In this document: positions 41,956 to 52,158 of the stretch, in pieces
How the letters are laid out: each line of letters starts with the position of its first letter
Position numbering within the stretch: the first letter of the stretch is position 1
Source: a virus
Taxonomy: Duplodnaviria > Caudoviricetes
Virus record (IMG/VR): IMGVR_UViG_3300050151_000071
Span: 1 to 64,000 of that record
Direction: 5' to 3' (one strand)
DNA: 64,000 bases
The notes under the pieces: model-generated
What the model saw: only the letters and a program-made list of their open reading frames with translations
What the model was told of the DNA's origin: nothing
Databases searched by the model: none
Position numbers and translations under genes: made by a program

Positions 41956-43061
41956 TTAATAACTCTTACTATGACCACATCGTCCGAAGTTCTTGTACGC
42001 ACGTCGATGGGGGTACTCTTGATGGATTGGAAAAGTTTGGTAATCTTAGTCTTCGGTGCAGATACCATTTCTTTAATGATGCTGAGGTGACGTCCGGCCC
42101 GCTTGGCTTCAGACGTTTCTTCATCAACGTTGAGAATGGTAGTGCCTTTCACTGATAGGCCCTCTGGTTTGGAGGCTCGAAGAATCGCCAACTGACTATA
42201 TTTAGCGTTGTACAGTACAACAATTTGCGCTCCCAAGATATGTTTTGGGTCCACAGATGTCAGTTTTGTTTCTTCGTCAGTCTTCTTGTACTTGAGGCTT
42301 CGTGCAGTTGCTGCAGGGCGAGCCACCTTAGGCTTGCGACCCCTCTTAACAGCTCCTTTGACCTTTACTTTCTCGTCAGCAACAGTACCGCTCCAAGCAA
42401 CGAGCGATTCAACTAAGCTCTTAACGAAAGCAAGAAGACGTTGGTGCACAGCACGCTTTCCATGATCGATCGTCTTGTCGTTCATGTCATCAAGTTGCAT
42501 CTTGTAGTGATTGGTAATGATTCCAGCCTGCGAAGGCTTCATACCTAAAGTCTTGAAGAACTCAAAGAACTTCACGTCTTCTAGCTTAGTTTGGTTCAAC
42601 CAAACTTGGTCCATCAACTCATCGATATCTCCGATGAAGTTCAACGCCTTGCGTCTGTTGTGGACAGCTGGCGACGCTCGATCAGGACTCGAAACGATTT
42701 CCTCGCGGCGAATCTTACCGATGATCAGATATTCTTTGATGCGAGCTTCCCAACGCTTAACGGTACGCTCAGGAAGCGTACAATCTCTGCTAAGCATACG
42801 CGCGATGTAGAAGTCCGAAGGCATCAACCTCCCGCATCTCATAACGGCGGAAATATCCTTGGGGGAATACTTGCGGTTCTTCAGTTCATCGGCGAGCCAA
42901 TCAGAGTGGCTCCGTTGGTCGAAGAACACATTGTACCAGTTGAAGGCTGCATGCAACCTCCAATCTTCTGGAACGTATGATGTTTCAATGTCCGGCTCAG
43001 CGCCATAGAAGCGCAGCTCGAGTAATTCTTGGACACCAGTTTTTTGAGCTTTGTAAGCCAT
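41952..43061 (-). CDS. conserved hypothetical protein
   Basis: 369 aa; AFNWYN motif; AGGAG RBS; early promoter TTGATT-N17-GATTAT at 43085-43113. Confidence 0.75.
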   Translation of the reverse strand: MAYKAQKTGVQELLELRFYGAEPDIETSYVPEDWRLHAAFNWYNVFFDQRSHSDWLADELKNRKYSPKDISAVMRCGRLMPSDFYIARMLSRDCTLPERTVKRWEARIKEYLIIGKIRREEIVSSPDRASPAVHNRRKALNFIGDIDELMDQVWLNQTKLEDVKFFEFFKTLGMKPSQAGIITNHYKMQLDDMNDKTIDHGKRAVHQRLLAFVKSLVESLVAWSGTVADEKVKVKGAVKRGRKPKVARPAATARSLKYKKTDEETKLTSVDPKHILGAQIVVLYNAKYSQLAILRASKPEGLSVKGTTILNVDEETSEAKRAGRHLSIIKEMVSAPKTKITKLFQSIKSTPIDVRTRTSDDVVIVRVIK

Positions 43062-43105
43062 GAGTGCTCCTACTTAATAATAGGATAATCGCATATTATG
43101 CCAAG

Positions 43106-44101
43106 TTAATCAACAGTGTTTTTGATCGAATCTAATAATTTAATCCATTGATTTATAAAGGATTCTTCACTGTGTATTTCATTAGTGCGATCAAGATTTA
43201 GTGCAATGCGCGTAGGATCAAAACGATCGTTTGCAATCTGTTCTGTAACTTCTTTCAGCTTGTAGTAAAACAGTGTGGCGTGTTCATCTTTATAAGCTAT
43301 CGTAGAATAGGAATCAGTTAACCCACCTGAAGTCTCAGGCAAGGCTCCATAGTTGGAGTGAACCACTCGACAACCAGCAGACATTGCTTCTATCATTGCA
43401 ATGCATGATGTCTCGGGCCAAATAGAAGGATAAGCAAACACGTGAGCGTTGATCAGCGCTTCTCTAACTGTATCGTTATCTACAGCACCGTGATAGTTAA
43501 TACCTGGATGTTCTCTGCATTGTTCAAACAAGGCCTCATAAGGAGCATCTCGTTCGCTCCACCCGTAGATACTGAAACTACTGTACACGTCAAGGATGAT
43601 ATGTACACCCTCTTCTTTCATATCGTTATACAATTCAATGAAAGCAGGGACAAGTATTTCTAGTCCCCGATGTGGTGTAGTATGATAAATGAATCGAATT
43701 GGTTCTGATTGATCACCACTTCCTATCTTGTACCACTTTATGAATGCTTCATTTCTTGGTAGTGGTTCAATGGCGTTAGCGATAACGATTGAATTCTCGC
43801 CCGTCAACCCATAGTGAGCGTTGTATTGCTGCTGTTGCCAATTAGAAACAAACACAAGATGGTCAAAGCGAACTCCCTTATCATCCATAAGATGATTTGA
43901 GGCTGGATCGCCTGGCAAGTCGTGAAGGTAATAAATGCTTTGACGGTTAGGATCAAACCCTTGAACGCGCGACGGATAAATGTCGAAGTGTTCTAATAAG
44001 TCTTCTCGGCCGCGCTCTGTTAGCCCTCTAACAAGTCGCTCACACATCATCTCGGTTCCGCCCTTAGCTTTAGAGGCGAAGTCCACATTCTTAATTGGCA
44101 T
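43106..44101 (-). CDS. GT-B glycosyltransferase (GT4-like)
   Basis: GGTE, TTPHRGL and YPSIWPETSCIAMIEAM.AG. Confidence 0.88.
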   Translation of the reverse strand: MPIKNVDFASKAKGGTEMMCERLVRGLTERGREDLLEHFDIYPSRVQGFDPNRQSIYYLHDLPGDPASNHLMDDKGVRFDHLVFVSNWQQQQYNAHYGLTGENSIVIANAIEPLPRNEAFIKWYKIGSGDQSEPIRFIYHTTPHRGLEILVPAFIELYNDMKEEGVHIILDVYSSFSIYGWSERDAPYEALFEQCREHPGINYHGAVDNDTVREALINAHVFAYPSIWPETSCIAMIEAMSAGCRVVHSNYGALPETSGGLTDSYSTIAYKDEHATLFYYKLKEVTEQIANDRFDPTRIALNLDRTNEIHSEESFINQWIKLLDSIKNTVD

Positions 44102-44110
44102 TACTGTTCT

Positions 44111-44332
44111 TTACGAAAGACGGTCGATGAGTTGGTCGGCGCCACCAATGTGTACGCCATCAATTACAACTACTGGGAATGTTCTAGCTGTTGGAAATTG
44201 TTCTATTAGTTCTTCACGCGTGAAGTTTACGTTCAGTTTTAATGCTGTGTAATCAATCTTCTTGGCAGTGAGGAAGTTTGCTGCCCGAACACAATGTGAG
44301 CATTCGGGCTTAGAATATACTATAATGTTCAT
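44111..44332 (-). CDS. nrdC: glutaredoxin
   Basis: CSHC, TFPVV and HIGGAD. Confidence 0.93.
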   Translation of the reverse strand: MNIIVYSKPECSHCVRAANFLTAKKIDYTALKLNVNFTREELIEQFPTARTFPVVVIDGVHIGGADQLIDRLS

Positions 44333-44721
44333 GAATACTTAATGTTGCCGTGTTCAATAATCTTGTGAACTCGCCCAGTACGATCAATGACTGTAAACGA
44401 TACTTCACTTGGTGAAAATTCTTTGACCATCTCAAGGAAGTCTTCCACTTGGAAGTCCTTGCAAGAGTATAGGTCAAATTTTGCGTATGGTTCTGGTACT
44501 TCGCTCCAGACGTGAACTGAAGCATGTGATGTAGTGATTACAACTGTACCTGTGACTCCTGCATTGAGAGGATCATCACAGTACTTTGCTTGTGGCTCCA
44601 TGAAGATTTCCATGTCCACATTCTTTACCAAGCGACGGAGCCAGTCTTCAACTACAGCAGCGTCGCGCGGTGGGTTCTTCAATATAGCATCAACCAGAAG
44701 ATGCTTGTGCAAGTCGGGCAT
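44329..44721 (-). CDS. speD: S-adenosylmethionine decarboxylase proenzyme
   Basis: GVTG.V.ITTSH.S.H.W.E and FDLYSC. Confidence 0.85.
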   Translation of the reverse strand: MPDLHKHLLVDAILKNPPRDAAVVEDWLRRLVKNVDMEIFMEPQAKYCDDPLNAGVTGTVVITTSHASVHVWSEVPEPYAKFDLYSCKDFQVEDFLEMVKEFSPSEVSFTVIDRTGRVHKIIEHGNIKYS

Positions 44722-44806
44722 TGTAGCTCCTAACGTATCATTAAAGGTGGGTCTTGTCTCGCCCTTAATGTTGATTAGGGACCCGGTTACAAAAAGATGT
44801 TTTGAT

Positions 44807-45040
44807 TTAGTCCTTTAGATGCGCGTTTGCATCTTTGTTTAGTTGCTCAATGTCTTCTGGATCAAACCCATTCGGACGTCTATCCGATTTGTGGTGGATC
44901 GTTGCAAAAAGAGCAGGAAGTTGTGCAACGTCTGTATCGGTTGCAGGGATTTCTGGATTACCAGCATCAACGTCTGTGGCGTTACCTGGATCGCCTTCTT
45001 CTTCTTTAACGAAGGCGGTAAAAGGTTTGATCTTGGTCAT
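44807..45040 (-). CDS. small late protein with CTS-like leader
   Basis: MTKIKPFTAFVKEE; CTAAATA at 45071-45065. Confidence 0.65.
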   Translation of the reverse strand: MTKIKPFTAFVKEEEGDPGNATDVDAGNPEIPATDTDVAQLPALFATIHHKSDRRPNGFDPEDIEQLNKDANAHLKD

Positions 45041-45119
45041 GTGTTAATCCTTATTCTAATACTTTATTTAGTCGTATCAGATTCTTAATGATATCTGATC
45101 TCGGGCCAAAATGCAACAG

Positions 45120-45521
45120 TTATTTTAGATGCTTTTTGTTTATTCGAACCTGAATGATACCATTTAGATACGAATCATCTAATAGAACACCTAAGTCAAA
45201 TTGCATTTTAGCTTCCATGTAAGAAAGCATACCTTTGGAATAACAAATTTCAAGGATTTCTCGTTTGAACTTATCGACACCCTTATCAGCAATTTGTTTC
45301 TTTACTTCTTCAGAAGAAGAAACATACGCCTGCCAATCAGATTGGACCTTCTCTCTGCGTTTACGCTTCTGTCCTTTGAGTGGTGGACGAACGATAACAC
45401 GATAGAAGTTTTTCTTACCGATGTATTTCTTACCCTCGGGGTTAGTTATACAATACACAAATCCAATAGCATCTTCTGGAACATTATCAGAGGTGAACTC
45501 GTCACCCTTATACAGCCACAT
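45120..45521 (-). CDS. GIY-YIG nuclease (endonuclease II/DenA-like)
   Basis: GFVYCITN...KKYIGKK, W..Y.SSS and FKREIL..C. Confidence 0.8.
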   Translation of the reverse strand: MWLYKGDEFTSDNVPEDAIGFVYCITNPEGKKYIGKKNFYRVIVRPPLKGQKRKRREKVQSDWQAYVSSSEEVKKQIADKGVDKFKREILEICYSKGMLSYMEAKMQFDLGVLLDDSYLNGIIQVRINKKHLK

Positions 45522-45685
45522 TATTCTTCAAACAACCCCAACGTTTCTTCATCACTATCGTTCTGAAGATTATCAGAACCACAGTACGGACAGAACTTAG
45601 CTTCGTTAACAGTTGTGTCAATACCAGTTAGGTAAAAACTTGAACTACAGTCATCACATTCGTGTAGTTGTCTAAGTTGAGCCAT
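45521..45685 (-). CDS. 54-aa zinc-ribbon protein
   Basis: CDDC...CPYCG; AGGAG RBS within a 9-bp hairpin; CTAAATA at 45719-45713; not in the ORF track. Confidence 0.7.
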   Translation of the reverse strand: MAQLRQLHECDDCSSSFYLTGIDTTVNEAKFCPYCGSDNLQNDSDEETLGLFEE

Positions 45686-45729
45686 ATGAAAATACTCCTT
45701 TGTTACTAGGAGTATTTAGAGATATCCAT

Positions 45730-48657
45730 CTAGATCGTGTCGTCTGAGTGTTTTAGTTTTTCAAGAGCATTTGTGTGGTTTGCTTTTCTTACTAAAGTAT
45801 CTGAGTGTGCTCTTAACTTATCTCGGTTAGATGGTACGTGTGGCTCTACGCTCCAGATATGAACTTTACTTTTAATGTTGTTTGTTCTAATACTACCATC
45901 TTCATCGCGCAAAACGTGATGGTCACTTCTAGTTACAACCTTATGTCCAGTCATCTTCCAATGTTGACCTTTATCCATTAGGTATTCGTGTTCACCATCA
46001 CACTTAGAGATGTTGTCAACGTATGTGCCCTTATCGTATCCCTTTGGTAGATGGAAATGCAACACATGATGTTCTGTAATATGTTGTGGACGGCCAGCAG
46101 TTGTTGCAGTTCTTTGTTCTTTTTCTTCTCTAGCGAATACCGCACCTTGTCTTGGGTTTAAACTAGTAGACGTAAAGGCTGGCATGTGAATAACGCCACC
46201 GTTCTTTTTAAAATGTTCTCCTGGGTGGAAGCCACCAATACCACTATACACGTGTGCTTCGTGGTCTAACGGTTTTGCAAAATGAGCTATGGCTTCAGAT
46301 AATGCGTTAACCTTTTCATGATCAAATTTGTTGGGCGAACCATGAATTAAAGCGGTGTTTATTCTACCAGACATCTCTCCAGTATATTGTTTTAATGCAT
46401 GGGCGTGATCGTGTGTTTTAGGAGATGTGGGATCAACCCACAAGTGTTCTTTAGATGGTCCAAACGCAGACATCTTTTGATGATGATCATTTGAGTGGTC
46501 AACATTAAACTCATTTTTAGTAGCGTTTAGATGTTCAACTTTACTACTTCTAGCGTGTGGTAGGTCTACAGTTCTAAGACTTGTATCATTAAACCCACGG
46601 ACCTTATAGCTTGAATCTCTAAACATCTTTGGATCGTGGAAGTACGCTTCGGTTAGTTTTTGATACGGTCGCATAGACCATATGTGTCTATTTCCAATTT
46701 TCTGATGTCCAACGTGTTCAAATGTTTGGTTCTTATCAATAACCATTTCATGCTCGTGCTCAATGTGCGAAGCTGGAGCGATGTATCTACATTTGTTGTA
46801 TCCCTTAGGTAGTTCAAAGTGTAGGATATGAGTCTCTTTGTGAGCGTTGCTTGCACCAGGGTTAGCGTGCATACCAGCAACTTCAGGATTAAGAGATGCA
46901 CAGATATACGTTGCTGTTTTGAAATGATTCTTGTGGTGTATTAACGACCCAGGACTTACTTCTCCGAAGCTCGAATAAACGTGGTGCGTATGCTCAAGTG
47001 GCTTTGCTGTACTCATCAAATGATCCATATGATTTGTTACAGCTTGAAAGTCAGGATGCATTGGAAGGTTGTTAATCAAATGGTGAGTTATTGTTGCGCT
47101 TGATTCACTCCATGTTCCAATGTGAGTATGATGATCCGGATGATCACAGTGATGCAAAGCTGCCAAATGGTTATGCTCAGCTTCATGGTGCTCGGATGAA
47201 TCAGGGGCATCCCAATCTAGACCTAACGGATCTTTCTCTGTATTAAAGTGGGGGTTATTAGGATCGTGAGAGTGTGCCATTTCTTTTAATGTATCTTCAT
47301 GAGGTACTACAGACCAAATATGCACATGGTGCTCAACGTTTGTACCATCAGTTTTCTTTTGATTCTCTTTAACAACTGTATGTTGCTTCAACTTCCAAGA
47401 TTGTCCTCTGTCGAGCAAATATTCTTTCTCATATCCAACATGACTTGCTCCATGCACATACGCTCCCTTGTTGAAACCTTCTGGGAGATGAAAATGAAGT
47501 ACATGTCGATGAGTTTGCTTGTTATCACCAGGAGTAAAGTGGTGTTGTGAAAACCCTTTAGCTATACTAGGATCTATAGAAGTGGATGTAAAAGCTGGTA
47601 AATGAATTTTACCACCTTCTCGTTTGAAGTGATCCGTAGGATCAAAGTGTCCTAAGCCACTGTAAACATGCGCCTCATGATCAAGTGGTTTTGAGTAATG
47701 TTGAATCGCTCTGGAAATTCTATCAGTTTGTTTAGTAACGAATGATGAATCATGGCTTCCGTTATGGCCACTAATCAAAACCATATTAATAGGGTACGAT
47801 TCGTCTGTATATTCATTTAAAGTTTTAGCATGATGGTGGTGTTGTGAGTTTATATTTCTGAAATCATTACCAACTTCTTTAAACGCTGCATGCATACGGT
47901 CGTGGTGTGATTCTGCTCGTATAGCTGTTGATGCAGCAGATACGGATGTCAAGTCCTCTACATCATGGTTGAATAACTCGTTCAACTTAGCATCGTGTGG
48001 CTTAACATGCCATATCGTACGCTTAGTTGTAGGAGTCATTTGGTGTTCTGTTTTACCAGTCACCTTCCACTTACTGTTTGGACGCAATAAGAACTCACGT
48101 TCTTCAGGGAACTTTGAGGTTCCTCCGATGTACAAACCGTGTTGTGATCCTGCTGGAAGCTCAAAGTGGATTATGTGGTGGTCGTGTTTAGCAGAATCAG
48201 ACGTAGCGTTTGCGTGCATAGCAGCGATACCTGGATGTAAGCTAGCACTTGTGTGAGCTGGAGTATGGAACACACCATGCTCACCAACTGCAGAACTAGG
48301 ATCAAAATGACCTGTTGATGAATAAACATGGTGAGTCTTTTGTAAAGGTGCAGCCGAATCATACATCGTATGCAGATTCTTATGCAAGGACTGTTGCATA
48401 ATCGTAGGAGATTCACCTCTAACTAGACGACTGTTTAAATCTCCCGACTCAACTCCAGTGTATCTTAGAATTGATAGTGGATGCTTTCCAACAGCATCTT
48501 TGTGTAGCTGTCTTAGTTCTCCATGCTCTTGAGCAATTTCGTGAGGTTGTTTCACGTGTTGAAAGAATGCAGTCTCTGTATCTTGCAGATGATCCTTCAT
48601 AGCGGCATTATGCTGATAAGCTTCGTGCAAATGGTCTAAGAAGGGTTTGATTGGCAT
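45730..48657 (-). CDS. Alt-like ADP-ribosyltransferase with four tandem VIP2-type domains
   Basis: Four repeats of YT..S..IN..L / HVYS / (F)TSTS / HFxLP.G / ExE; late promoter at 48690-48684; His-rich. Confidence 0.85.
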   Translation of the reverse strand: MPIKPFLDHLHEAYQHNAAMKDHLQDTETAFFQHVKQPHEIAQEHGELRQLHKDAVGKHPLSILRYTGVESGDLNSRLVRGESPTIMQQSLHKNLHTMYDSAAPLQKTHHVYSSTGHFDPSSAVGEHGVFHTPAHTSASLHPGIAAMHANATSDSAKHDHHIIHFELPAGSQHGLYIGGTSKFPEEREFLLRPNSKWKVTGKTEHQMTPTTKRTIWHVKPHDAKLNELFNHDVEDLTSVSAASTAIRAESHHDRMHAAFKEVGNDFRNINSQHHHHAKTLNEYTDESYPINMVLISGHNGSHDSSFVTKQTDRISRAIQHYSKPLDHEAHVYSGLGHFDPTDHFKREGGKIHLPAFTSTSIDPSIAKGFSQHHFTPGDNKQTHRHVLHFHLPEGFNKGAYVHGASHVGYEKEYLLDRGQSWKLKQHTVVKENQKKTDGTNVEHHVHIWSVVPHEDTLKEMAHSHDPNNPHFNTEKDPLGLDWDAPDSSEHHEAEHNHLAALHHCDHPDHHTHIGTWSESSATITHHLINNLPMHPDFQAVTNHMDHLMSTAKPLEHTHHVYSSFGEVSPGSLIHHKNHFKTATYICASLNPEVAGMHANPGASNAHKETHILHFELPKGYNKCRYIAPASHIEHEHEMVIDKNQTFEHVGHQKIGNRHIWSMRPYQKLTEAYFHDPKMFRDSSYKVRGFNDTSLRTVDLPHARSSKVEHLNATKNEFNVDHSNDHHQKMSAFGPSKEHLWVDPTSPKTHDHAHALKQYTGEMSGRINTALIHGSPNKFDHEKVNALSEAIAHFAKPLDHEAHVYSGIGGFHPGEHFKKNGGVIHMPAFTSTSLNPRQGAVFAREEKEQRTATTAGRPQHITEHHVLHFHLPKGYDKGTYVDNISKCDGEHEYLMDKGQHWKMTGHKVVTRSDHHVLRDEDGSIRTNNIKSKVHIWSVEPHVPSNRDKLRAHSDTLVRKANHTNALEKLKHSDDTI

Positions 48658-48698
48658 GATACACTCACAGTTTTGTTATCAGGTATTTAGATATGAAA

Positions 48699-48735
48699 AC
48701 AGGCCCGTACACTCTTTACGAGTGCAGAGGGGCCT
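48699..48735 (-). terminator. intrinsic terminator after nrdB
   Basis: CAGGCCC..TGCACTC/GAGTGTA..GGGCCTG followed by TTTT. Confidence 0.7.
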
Positions 48736-48757
48736 GCCGTGTTGATTTTATTTAGAC

Positions 48758-49867
48758 CTAGAGAGATAAACCCCTCATGGAGTCCATACTCAAGTCTCTC
48801 TTAATATCCTGTGAGGTATACATCGTTAGCTCTTGCTCTTGAGGAGCCACTTGAACATCACCACCAGCAATCCACTTCTCTGTCCATGGTAATGGATTTG
48901 AAGCCACCTTATACGGACTTTCATACTTTAGAGTACTCATACGTTTTGAAGTAATCCAATGGACGTATTGCGTGAGTAGATGTTCATTGAGTCCAAGCAT
49001 CGATCCATCTTTGAACAAATACTTGGCCCAAGATACTTCTTGCTCCGCAGCTTCGATGAAGATTTGTCGTGTTTCTTCAAGGCATTCTTCTCTAATAGAG
49101 ATGTAGTCTGGATCATCCTTAGGCAACATCTTAATCGTTTGTTGAACAAAGCCTAAGTGCAAGTTCTCATCACGACAGATCAACTTAATGATCTTAGCAT
49201 TGCCCTTCATTCGTTCAGTTTCCGCGAACGCCCATGAGCATGCAAATGAAACATAGAAGCGAATACCTTCAAGAGCATTCAAAGCATGTAAGGCCAGCCA
49301 CAAAGCCTTTTTATGTTCGTAAGCATCGTAGCTTAGATCATACGTCTCGTGTACAGCCTTTAGGTTATTCAGATGAATAAGCTTATCGTAGTATGAACTA
49401 ATAGACTTAGCACAATCCACAATTGGCTCAATTTCTAACAGCGTATCGAAGATCTTTGATGGATCAGGAACACCATTACGAACTATGTGTGTATAGCTTT
49501 CGTTGTGAATTTGTTCAATAGCACCTTGCCAAATCCACCATGCTTCAAGTTCTGGTAGAGTTGTAATAGCTCCGAACGCTAGCATTGGAGCTCGGCCTTG
49601 TACAGAGTCCAGTAACGACTGTCTAAGCAAGTTAGACACAAAAATATGTTGCTCGTGCTTGTTTAGTTCTTTGTACTCTTTGGAGTCTACAGTTAGATCA
49701 ATCTCTTCAGGAGCCCACATGAAGCCTTTTTGCTTCTTGAGGAATCCTGTTAAGGCTGGATACTTTACCTTTTCATAGCGGGCGACGTTCACGCCACCCG
49801 CTTCGTCCAAGAACATCTTTGCTTTTAAATGGTTCTGCTCATGCAGAGGGAATACTGAATAACTCAT
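48758..49867 (-). CDS. nrdB: ribonucleotide reductase class Ia beta subunit
   Basis: W.PEEIDL..D, E.IH.ESY, LEGIRFYVSF and DENLH. Confidence 0.97.
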   Translation of the reverse strand: MSYSVFPLHEQNHLKAKMFLDEAGGVNVARYEKVKYPALTGFLKKQKGFMWAPEEIDLTVDSKEYKELNKHEQHIFVSNLLRQSLLDSVQGRAPMLAFGAITTLPELEAWWIWQGAIEQIHNESYTHIVRNGVPDPSKIFDTLLEIEPIVDCAKSISSYYDKLIHLNNLKAVHETYDLSYDAYEHKKALWLALHALNALEGIRFYVSFACSWAFAETERMKGNAKIIKLICRDENLHLGFVQQTIKMLPKDDPDYISIREECLEETRQIFIEAAEQEVSWAKYLFKDGSMLGLNEHLLTQYVHWITSKRMSTLKYESPYKVASNPLPWTEKWIAGGDVQVAPQEQELTMYTSQDIKRDLSMDSMRGLSL

Positions 49868-52158
49868 TAAATCTTACAGGTATCGCAATCTGCGTCTTCA
49901 AACTCACCTTCTGGTAACTCAACATCTTCATGTTTAGTTTCACCAGCACCATCATATGTATTGAAATAATACAGAGTAGGCAGACCATACTTGTAACAGA
50001 AGATGAGATGGGTAATCAATTCCGACATTGGAATCTGGTGACGACCTTCTTCATCCTTAGGATAGTTTTCTGGATTGTAAGATGTGTTTGTACTGATTGC
50101 TTGGTCAATAAATTTGGTGATGACAGCCATGATCTTCAAGTAGCCGATAGGCGACTTTTGGTTCCATAGCAAATCGTACTTGTTCTTTAGACGACGGATC
50201 TCTGGAACAACTTGTCTGGAAACGCCCTTGATTGTTACGAGAGCACGAACAGGCTCAATGCCATTCGTTGAGTTAGAGATTTGTGAACTCGTTTCTGATG
50301 GCATTAGAGCCATCAGAGTCGAGTGCCGGATACCATCTCTCCTTAGATCGACCCGCAATTCATCCCAAGGCATATAATAGATCGGAGGCGTAAGTTGGTC
50401 AACATCTTTCTTATAGGTGTCGATTGGCAAGATGCCCTTACTATACTTCGTATCTTCGACAGCACTACAAGGACCACGCTCTCTAGCCAGATCACAAGAA
50501 GCTCTGATCAACCAATATGACCATGCTTCTGTCCAACGGTGAATCTCAGCTAGAGCTTCTGGTGTAACGTCATCGTATGTGAAACCATGCTTTGCCATCC
50601 AGTATGCGAAGTTGATAACACCAACACCCAACTGTCTACGCTTCTTCGTTGTAAGCTCGGCAGCAAGCACCGGATAGTCTTGATACGTTAGAAGATTGTC
50701 TAACGCTCTTGTAATAACGTATGCCGGCTTCTTGAACTCATCTGTACTTTTCAACTCACCCCAGTTGTTGGCAGCAAGTGTACAAGTTCCAATTTCACCA
50801 TCTTCATCGAACAGATGCTTCATTGGCTTTGTGGGGTGTAGAATTTCTGTACAGAGGTTGCTCATATAGATCGTTGCACGATCCTTAATATAAGCTCCGT
50901 GATCGTTTGCGTGGTCCACATTCATGATGTAGACTCGACCAGTGTCCTTACGTTCCTGCATCAAGCTAGAGAACAGCTCGTTAGCAGAGATTCTCTTTTG
51001 CTGAAGCATAGGGTTCTTTTCAGCAGCTTCATATAGCTCACGGAACTTGTCCACGTCACTGAAGTAGGCTTCATACAAACCAGGAACAGCGTTAGGAGAG
51101 AACAATGAAATGTCTCCACCCTGTAGTAGGCGTTCGTACATCACTTTGTTGAGCTGGACACAATAGTCTACTTGACGAGCACGAGTTTCTTCAGTTCCCT
51201 TATTGTTCTTTAGAACAAGTAGGTTTTCAATTTCGTGGTGCCAGAATATGTAATAAAGTGTAGCGGATCCTTTTCGGATGCCTCCCTGCGAACATGTAGC
51301 ATTATCAGCTTGGAAGCCTTTGATGTAGGGAATGAGGCCGGTGTGACGAGTGCGTCCTCCACGAACAGGTCTATCTAGACCTCTATTGCGACCAACGTTT
51401 AGTCCAATACCAGCACGATTACTAACGTAGAGTTTAATAGCACCTGATGCTGCAATGATTGAATGGAGGTCATCTTCAGCGTCAATTAGAACGCATGAAG
51501 AAAATTGCTTATCAGGAGAACGGACGCCCGCCATAATAGGCGTTGGTAAAGAGATTACAAACTTGGACGATAGGTCATAGAAGTCTTTGATCCACTTAAA
51601 GCGATCAACTTCTTTATGGAATAGCACTGCACCAATTAGTGCAAAGGCTACTTGAGGAGTTTCTTGGAATGCTCCAGTCACTCGATTCTTGATGAGATAC
51701 TTTTCACGCCACTGCTGCATTGCAGCATATGTAAAGTCATCATCTCGACCGTAATCGATTAGCGACTCAATACGGTCGATTTCTTCTTCCGTGTACCAAT
51801 CGAGAAGCTCTGGTGTATACCAACCTTGCTCAACGTTGGTCTTGATTAGATTATAAAGTCTAACGGGTTCGTACTGATTATAGACTTGCTTACGTAAATG
51901 ATAGTTAATAAACCTACCAGCAACATACTGGTACCCAGGATTTTCTTCACTGATTAAGTCCGCTGTTGCTTTGATGAGGGTTTCTTGAATATCACTCGTC
52001 TTCATTCCATCTTGGAATTGAATTTGTGACTTTAGTTCGATTTCAGAAGGTGATACGCCAGCGATATCTTCACATGCCCACTGAACTACTTTGTGAATTT
52101 TGTCGAGGTCTAATTCCTCTTTACGTCCGTCTCGCTTAGTTACGTAGATCTTCTGCAT
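49867..52158 (-). CDS. nrdA: ribonucleotide reductase class Ia alpha subunit
   Basis: ATP cone VTKRDG, FSSC, SNLCTEI, MPSETSSQ and C-terminal CDTC; start MQKIY. Confidence 0.97.
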   Translation of the reverse strand: MQKIYVTKRDGRKEELDLDKIHKVVQWACEDIAGVSPSEIELKSQIQFQDGMKTSDIQETLIKATADLISEENPGYQYVAGRFINYHLRKQVYNQYEPVRLYNLIKTNVEQGWYTPELLDWYTEEEIDRIESLIDYGRDDDFTYAAMQQWREKYLIKNRVTGAFQETPQVAFALIGAVLFHKEVDRFKWIKDFYDLSSKFVISLPTPIMAGVRSPDKQFSSCVLIDAEDDLHSIIAASGAIKLYVSNRAGIGLNVGRNRGLDRPVRGGRTRHTGLIPYIKGFQADNATCSQGGIRKGSATLYYIFWHHEIENLLVLKNNKGTEETRARQVDYCVQLNKVMYERLLQGGDISLFSPNAVPGLYEAYFSDVDKFRELYEAAEKNPMLQQKRISANELFSSLMQERKDTGRVYIMNVDHANDHGAYIKDRATIYMSNLCTEILHPTKPMKHLFDEDGEIGTCTLAANNWGELKSTDEFKKPAYVITRALDNLLTYQDYPVLAAELTTKKRRQLGVGVINFAYWMAKHGFTYDDVTPEALAEIHRWTEAWSYWLIRASCDLARERGPCSAVEDTKYSKGILPIDTYKKDVDQLTPPIYYMPWDELRVDLRRDGIRHSTLMALMPSETSSQISNSTNGIEPVRALVTIKGVSRQVVPEIRRLKNKYDLLWNQKSPIGYLKIMAVITKFIDQAISTNTSYNPENYPKDEEGRHQIPMSELITHLIFCYKYGLPTLYYFNTYDGAGETKHEDVELPEGEFEDADCDTCKI

